Part shown: positions 56,565 to 64,000 of the stretch, piece by piece
Layout: the number at the start of each line of letters is the position of its first letter
How positions within the stretch are numbered: position 1 is the first letter of the stretch
Assembly: GCA_964016885.1 (NCBI GenBank)
Contig: OZ024757.1
Coordinates: 1,116,001-1,180,000 of the forward strand
Source of the DNA: Eledone cirrhosa
Taxonomy: Eukaryota
Direction of reading: 5' to 3'
DNA length: 64,000 nt
Translations under genes and position numbers: made by a program
The notes under the pieces: generated by a model
Told to the model about the DNA's origin: nothing
Seen by the model: only the letters and a program-made list of their open reading frames with translations
Databases searched by the model: none

Positions 56565-56603
<39 letters not shown>

Positions 56604-56606
<3 letters not shown>

Positions 56607-56902
56607 AGCATAGAGTGCTCAACCTATGGGTTGATAGGGACCCTATAGGTTGAGCACTCTATGCTCCTTTGGAGCAGAGTATGATAGAATGGAAAACGAA
56701 AAATCAGTGATGCATCGGAACTCATTTTATTGCATATTACAATTGTTTCCCCGGCGAACAGCTCGGAGAGCAATCTGTGTGTGGATCGACCTGACTCTGG
56801 ATTCACAGGTGCCTCAGACACGTCTATTGATTTCAGAGCAGATCTGCTCCGAAATCAATAGACGTGTCTGAGGAACCTGTGAATCCAGAGTCAGGTTCGA
56901 TC
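56604..56902. mobile_element. Family D unit with hairpins at both ends and HHR at 56733-56822 (-)
   Basis: Palindrome 56785-56902 centred on GCAGATCTGC; cgtgt-CTGAGG(C/A)-acctgtgaa..ttcgccggg-GAAA-caattg-TA-atatg. Confidence 0.75.
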
Positions 56903-56939
56903 AATAATAGGTCTTTCCTCGAGCTGATCGATAGTGAAA

Positions 56940-57438
56940 CATATGTAATATGTTATTAATGTTATGATGTAACACTGAATCCTTGTTCTTATATTCTTAT
57001 CATTCATCATTCATTTTACGTCTTATAGATATAAATATATAGTTTATCAAAGTTCGTTCATCACACACCTGTGACATCATCAGTGGTACTATCAGGTTTC
57101 CTCTTGTTATATTGTAATGTCTATTCCATTTTTATTTTTATTTATTTAATTATTCTTGTCTCTGTTTGCGCATGCGTATGTGTGTTTTCCGTTTGGTGTG
57201 TGTGTTCGTATCTGAGTCTATGTGTCTGTATTCTAACGTTATTCACTAGAGTGTGTTTATGTGTGGTTGTTGTTATTGTACCTGTGTATATTTATTTATA
57301 TTTATCTTAGGTCAGTATTGTGTGTTTGTGTATGGTTGCTGTTATTATTCCATTCATTTTTTCTGTTCAACTTTGGTTTTCTTAGTTCTATTTCAGTTGC
57401 TTCTCTGATTTGTCTACATGTTGAGTCATTTCTATGTT
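56940..57438 (-). pseudogene. Third Naiad-like PLE 3' end with degenerate HHR (about 57045-57088)
   Basis: HRNDSTCRQIREATEIELRKPKLNRKNEWNN; CTGATGA-t-gtcaca(ggtg)tgtgat-GAAC-gaac-TT. Confidence 0.8.
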
Positions 57439-57784
57439 CACCACAGTGTCTTGTGATAACAACAATCACTATTGCATGACTTAACTGGTGTGATTAAATG
57501 AGAAGGGAGACCCTATGTGATCTCTTGACACATTCAGAATAGCAGCCTATATCCCTCAAATCACATCTTGCTGTCTTTAGAAAAGTCAAGCATGTAAAGT
57601 TTGTGCCAGGAGGTGGGGTGGCTGATGTAATGGCTGTCGCTGGTTGTTCTCCACAGCAATACTTTCACCATCTTGTCCATGTGGCACACCTCAGATCTAC
57701 AGTGCAGCCAAGGTTGTAGTTCAGGGCTCTCAAACATGCAGCACATAAACTACTTGTCTATGGCGTTCTTGGTAATTTGACCCT

Positions 57785-58125
57785 TCTTCTTCACCCACTT
57801 ATTCCTGAGAGGGTCGTGGGGTCAGAGTCCTCAAACACTCCTTCTAGCAGGTCCTATCAGAAACACCTATCTCCAACTGATCCAGATGGATCCTCAACTG
57901 AGACCAACCAAGCTCATGGATGTTATACAACCATCTTACTCAGGGTCTACGCCTGGGCCTCCTGTCGGTTGGTTTTTGCCTGTAAAATCTGTCCAGAGAG
58001 TCTTTCCTGAGACATTTTAACCACATGTCTGAAGTATCAGAGCTGTTATCTCTCAATTCAGAGATTTTTTACTGAGACATTATAACCACATGTCTGAAGT
58101 ATCAGAGCTGTGATCTTTCAATTCT
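57785..58125 (-). pseudogene. Rex3/Expander-like RTE 3' end with ~55-bp internal duplication
   Basis: Homologous to 31540-31815 and 62520-62780. Confidence 0.8.
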
Positions 58126-58169
58126 ATTTTAATAATAATTTTTGTAAAATTTCTTGTAATTTACACATG

Positions 58170-58356
58170 AAATAATTGTTTCTACTTTTGGCACAAGGCC
58201 AGCAATTACCCAGTACATTACTGGTACTTTATTTTATCGACCCTGTAAGGATGAAAGGCAAAGTTAACCTCGGCGAGATTTGAACTCAGACCGTAAAGGG
58301 ACGTAACTATGCTGGAAAGCATGGCGTCCGACTCTCTACTGATACTGCCAATCCAC
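58170..58356 (-). mobile_element. Full-length tRNA-derived SINE (type 2)
   Basis: A-box-like TGGCAGTATCAG, B box GAGTTCAAATCT, conserved core and AT-rich tail. Confidence 0.82.
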
Positions 58357-58487
58357 CAACCCCCATTTACACATGAAATAATAAAGGAAAAAGGGAATTT
58401 ATCAAAAGTAAAAAGAGAATTCAGGAAAATTTGAAAAGGAAGATTTGTTCCTCACTTAAAATCATATTAGACACTAACGCCATGGTA

Positions 58488-60057
58488 CTAACAACACCAC
58501 CACAACACCACCACCAACAAACACACCACTAACAGCGCCACCACAACAACACCACAACACCACCACCATCATCACCACCATCACCACCACCATCACCACC
58601 ACCATCACCACCCCCACCACACCCCCACCACACCACCACAACACCACACCACCACAACACCACCGCACTACCACCACAACACCACCACAACACCACTACA
58701 ACACCACCACACCACCACCATACCACCACAACACCACCACAACACCACTACAACACCACCACACCACCACCACACCCTCACCACAACACCACACTACCAC
58801 CACAACATGACCACAACACCACTACAACACCACCACACCACCACCATACCACCACAACACCACCACAACACCACTACAACACCACCACAACACCACCACA
58901 ACACCACTACAACACCACCATACCACCACCACACCACCACAACACCACCACACTACCACCACAACACCACCACAACACCACTACAACACCACCACACCAC
59001 CACCACACCACCACCACAACACCACCACTACAACACCACCACACCACCACCACAACCTCACCACACCACCACACCACCTCACCACCACACCACCACAACA
59101 CCACCACTAACGACACCACCACTAACAACACAACACCACTAACAGCACAACACCACCACAACACCACCACACCACCACAACACCACCACACCACCACCAC
59201 AACACCACCACAACACCACCACAACACCACCACACCACCACCACAACACCACCACAACACCACCACACCACCACCACACCCTCACCACAACACCACCACC
59301 ACACCACCACAACACCACCACCACACCACCACAATACCACCACAACACCACCACAACACCACCACAACACCACTACAACACCACCACACCACCACCACGA
59401 CACCACCACTACAACACCACAACACCACCACACCACCACCACAACACCACCACAACACCACCACAACACCACCACACCACCACCACAACACCACCACAAC
59501 ACCACCACACCACCACCACACCCTCACCACAACACCACCACCACACCACCACAACACCACCACCACACCACCACAACACCACCACAACACCACCACAACA
59601 CCACCACAACACCACTACAACACCACCACAACACCACCACACCACCACCACAACACCACCACTACAACACCACCACACCACCACCACAACCTCACCACAC
59701 CACCACACCACCTCACCACCACAACACCACCACTAACGACACCACCACTAACAACACAACACCACTAACAGGACAACACCACCACAACACCACCACACCA
59801 CCACCAACAACAACACCACCACCACCACTACCACCACCACTACCACAACCACCATCACTACCAAACCACCACCACCACAACAACAGCATCACAACCATCA
59901 CATCACCATCCCACCACCACCACCACCAGCCCACGACCACCACCCCTACCTCCACCAACACCACCCCCACGCCACCAACCCAGCCCCACCACACCATCAC
60001 AATACCACCCCTACAATCCTCACCCCCACCCCCACCCCCACCACGCCACCCACCCCC
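58488..60057. repeat. CACCAC/CACAA low-complexity tract
   Basis: Almost exclusively C/A on the + strand; internal ~0.6-kb duplication (CTAACGACACC at about 59107 and 59733). Confidence 0.92.
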
Positions 60058-60314
60058 ATTGGTGATGCTGATGATGATGATGGCATTAAAATACCAGTTT
60101 CACAACAGAAGTATTCAGGCAATTTACATAAAAGCAGTTGATCTGCGTCATCAAAGAAAGGGAGAAGATATTTCAGTTTACTTTACATTCAATAAACCAG
60201 TTTCTCAGCATATTTACAGTTACTTCTCAATAAATGTTTTGAATACTTAGCTGACCCTTTCGTCTTTTACGAAGCGATGAGGTGATAAAATTAATATAAT
60301 TCTTTCTATTTTCA

Positions 60315-60400
60315 GGCACAAGGCCAGCAAATACCCAGTACATTACTGGTACTTTATTTTATCGACCCCGTAAGGATGAAAGGCAAAGTTAACCTCGGCA
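60315..60400 (-). mobile_element. SINE type 2 core fragment
   Basis: Matches 58190-58275. Confidence 0.75.
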
Positions 60401-60494
60401 GGATAAAATTAATATAATGAAAGGTCTGCTCATGCGCAAAGATGTTATAAAGTAGGGTGAAGACTCTTGAAGATTCTGCTAGTTCCTGTAAAGA

Positions 60495-61895
60495 ATCTCA
60501 AACATTTACATTGCTCTATATATACTATTGTATTTTCACAGGAAAGGCTTTACCTCACATGATATCTCACATAACATTTTCATTACTCTATATATACTAT
60601 TGTATTTTCACAGTAAAGGCTTTACCTCACATAATATCTCACATAACATTTATATTACTCTATATATACTATTTATTTTCATGGTAAAGGCTTTACCGCA
60701 CATGATATCTCACATAACATTTACATTATTCTATATATACTATTGTATTTTCACAGGAAAGGCTTTACCTCACATGCTATCTCACATAACATTTTCATTA
60801 CTCTATATATACTATTGTATTTTCACAGTAAAGGCTTTACCTCACATAATATCTCACATAACATTTTCATTACTCTATATATACTATTGTATTTTCACAG
60901 TACAGGCTTTACCTCACATAATATCTCACATAACATTTACATTACTCTATATATACTATTGTATTTTCACAGTACAGGCTTTACCTCACATGATATCTCA
61001 CATAACATTTACATTACTCTATATATACTATTGTATTTTCACAGTAAAGGCTTTACCTCAGATAATATCTCACATAACATTTACATTACTCTATATATAC
61101 TATTGTATTTTCACAGTAAAGGCTTTACCTCACATAATATCTCACATATCTTTTACATTACTCTATATATACTATTGTATTTTCACAGTAAAGGCTTTAC
61201 CTCACATAATATCTCACATAACATTTACATTACTCTATATATACTATTGTATTTTCACAGTAAAGGCTTTACCTCACATAATATCTCACATAACATTTAC
61301 ATTACTCTATATATACTATTGTATTTTCACAGTAAAGGCTTTACCTCACATAATATCTCACATAATATTTACATTACTCTATATATACTATTGTATTTTC
61401 ACAGTAAAGGCTTTACCTCACATAATATCTCACATAACATTTACATTACTCTATATATACTGTTGTATTTTCACAGTACAGGCTTTACCTCACATAATAT
61501 CTCACATAACATTTACATTACTCTATATATACTACTGTATTTTCACAGTAAAGGCTTTACCTCACATAATATCTCACATAACATTTACATTACTCTATAT
61601 ATACTATTGTATTTTCACAGTAAAGGTTTTACCTCACATAATATCTCACATATCTTTTACATTACTCTATATATACTATTGTATTTTCACAGTAAAGGTT
61701 TACCTCACATAATATCTCACATAACATTTACATTACTCTATATATACTATTGTATTTTCACAGTAAAGGCTTTACCTCACATAATATCTCACATATCTTT
61801 TACATTACTCTATATATACTGTTGTATTTTCACAGTTACCTATATACTATTGTATTTTTGTAGTATAGACTTTACCTCACATAATATCCCACATA
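60495..61895. repeat. 72-bp AT-rich minisatellite, ~19 copies
   Basis: 24-aa periodicity (ITFTLLYIYYCIFTVKALPHIISH) of the spurious ORFs. Confidence 0.96.
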
Positions 61896-62039
61896 TTATT
61901 TATTTTGAGAACAATATGATAACATCAGTATGAACGACCAGTTACAGCTGGTTTGAACAGGAATAGGTGAAATATTTCTGGCCAGATACAGGTGGTTTTC
62001 ACCCTATTTCATAAGCAATGTTATAACATCTCTGCACAT

Positions 62040-62782
62040 GAATATACCAATGTAGATGTGAAGGGAGTTCCACTGAAGCAGGTGGAGAAGTACAAGTATC
62101 TTGGGGTCGTGTTCACAAGTGATGGAAAGCAGGAGGTGCAATTAAGTGCAGGAATTGCAGGAGCTGGTGCAGTAATGCCCCAACTTCAAGATTCAGTAAT
62201 CTGAAGAAGGGAGGTAGATGTAACAGCCAGAAGGGAGGTAGATGTAACAGCCAGAAGGGAGGTAGGTGTAACAGCCAGGAGGGAGGTAGATGTAACAGCC
62301 AGGAGGGAGGTAGATGTAACAGCCAGGAGGGAGGTAGATGTAACAGCCAGAAGGGAGGTAGGTGTAACAGCCAGGAGGGAGGTAGATGTAACAGCCAGGA
62401 GGGAGGTAGATGTAACAGCCAGAAGGGAGGTAGATGTAACAGCCAGAAGGGAGGTAGGTGTAACAGCCAGGAGGGAGGTAGATGTAACAGCCAGGAGGGA
62501 GGTAGATGTAACAGCGAGATACTATGGAGGACATGTGGTTAGAATGTCTCAGGAAAGAATTGCTGGACATATTTTACAGACAAAAACTAACCGGCAGGAG
62601 ACCCAGGGGTTAACCCTGAGCAAGATGGTTGGATAACATCCATGACCTTGGCTGGTCTCACTTGACGATCCAGCCGGATCAGTTGGAGATGGTGACTTCT
62701 GACAGGACCTGCTGGAAGGATTATTTAAGGACTCTGCCCTCCACTCCCCTCTCATGAATAAGTGGGCAAAGATGAAGAAGAC
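62040..62782 (+). pseudogene. Rex3/Expander-like RTE 3' fragment with 24-bp minisatellite (62205-62515, ~13 copies)
   Basis: LKQVEKYKYLGVVFTSDGKQE..IAGAGAV..SVI*RR[EVDVTARR]n then YYGGHVVRMSQER. Confidence 0.85.
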
Positions 62783-63050
62783 CCTTAAAGACAGAAAAAG
62801 AAGTTGTCATCAAGTGGCCAATGGCAACTTCTTTGTCCGTCTTTAAGGACCTTCACCCTATTGTATAAGCTATTTATAGCATCTCCACACATGAGCACAC
62901 CATTATATTAACAGCTATTTCTATTTCAGTCAAGGCCAAGCTGCAGCCTAATTCTAAAATTGCCTTGACTTTTTGTAGTAGTTCGGCCCACTTTATGGTG
63001 AGCCACACCTTATGTGGCCCACTGCTAGAGGACAAAGTTTTGTCAAAATA

Positions 63051-63207
63051 TTTGGTAGGCAGTGACTACATCTTGGGCACCAATGTGTTGTGTGTGGAAT
63101 TTGGTAGGCAGGGACTACATCTTGGGCACCAATGTGTTGTGTGTGGAATTTGGTAGGCAGGGACTACATCTTGGGCACCAATGTGTTGTGTGTGGAATTT
63201 GGTAGGC
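63051..63207. repeat. 49-bp tandem repeat, ~3.2 copies
   Basis: TTTGGTAGGCAGGGACTACATCTTGGGCACCAATGTGTTGTGTGTGGAA repeated. Confidence 0.9.
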
Positions 63208-63498
63208 GGAACAGTGTGAAAGTCTGACATGTGTGTGTATGGTATGTATTTAGAACCTGCCTGTTCTATATACATGCCTACGTCTCCGAAACCTCATGAA
63301 AGATGCCAAAAATAACTCTCTTTAATCTATTATCTTCAAACATACAAATCTTCAATTATATTTTTTCTCACAGCTTTCAACATATTTCCTTTGTGGATTT
63401 CTAAATAATTGAGAAGTCTTTTGAAATGTTGACCTCTTTCAAGGTTTTATACTATCTCCTGGCGTAAATAGATATATAAATGATTACATAAGTTGGCT

Positions 63499-64000
63499 GA
63501 TAGATAGATAGATATCTTTCTTTATTAGCCACAAGGGCGCACAAGAAAAGGGGACAAAACAAAGACATGCTGGGGATTTTACATACAATCGTATAAAAAT
63601 ATAAAACAAACAATTATAACAATCGAAATCCCCAATAGGGGGGAGGCACCACAAATGGGTTGTTTAATACCCCATTGATAGAACAACCCTCAACTTCAGG
63701 AGTGTATTGTGCAAGTGCTCTTTCTTCCTTTTGCTCTCTTCTTCAACCTACAGGCTTATATACAGAGAAGGCCCAATCACTCAGGTCATTTTTGCTACAT
63801 TCACCCACCTTTCAGTAAATTTACTGGGGTGCAGTGCCTCTCTCTCCATTCTGATTCTCCTTCTAAAGTGGTACCTAAAGAAGGGAATGAGTTGTTGTCC
63901 AGAGAGAAAGGCATCTGTCCTCAGTCCTCTCAATCTCGTCCTCCATATAACACCTTTCACCATAGCCACTGTACAGAGGAAAACCGCCTCTATTTCGTTT
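63499..64000 (-). mobile_element. L1/Tx1-like LINE 3' end (runs off window)
   Basis: VK.VIW.TR..F.ERW C-terminal pattern, T-rich 3'UTR, AATAAA then (TATC)n tail. Confidence 0.65.

Noticed and set aside
55400-58356. tRNA genes
   Set aside because: A/B boxes are SINE heads joined to SINE cores and tails; no complete cloverleaf.
58488-60057. Telomeric repeat
   Set aside because: Irregular CAC/CAA mosaic, not (TTAGGG)n or any fixed unit.
60528-61933. 394/396-aa hydrophobic repeat ORFs
   Set aside because: 72-bp minisatellite open in two frames; no non-repetitive domain or splice evidence.

Overview
Gene-poor, repeat-saturated metazoan DNA. It is probably cephalopod (octopus-like), inferred from the (TA)n/(CA)n density and SINE types. 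I found no convincing host gene; nearly all listed ORFs are artefacts of tandem repeats. Contents: (i) a ~11.5 kb 48-bp satellite with higher-order structure, interrupted by a Helitron-like mosaic; (ii) 45-, 24-, 72- and 49-bp minisatellites, two of them born inside RTE LINEs; (iii) several decayed RTE-clade LINEs, an L1/Tx1-like 3' end and tRNA-derived SINEs; (iv) one Penelope-like element (PLE) with an open 760-aa RT + GIY-YIG ORF, plus fragments of at least two other PLE types. The most notable signal is about 29 type I hammerhead ribozyme (HHR) motifs found by eye, about 17 with a fully canonical core. They fall into several sequence families and mostly sit in small non-coding units inserted into (TA)n tracts, often as fold-back palindromes. 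They include a 1.2-mer of a 526-nt HHR-bearing unit (retrozyme/circRNA-like), U3-A8 compensatory cores, a family with a shared U4A core, and a conserved C-C mismatch in stem II. Coordinates were read by eye, and element boundaries are approximate.
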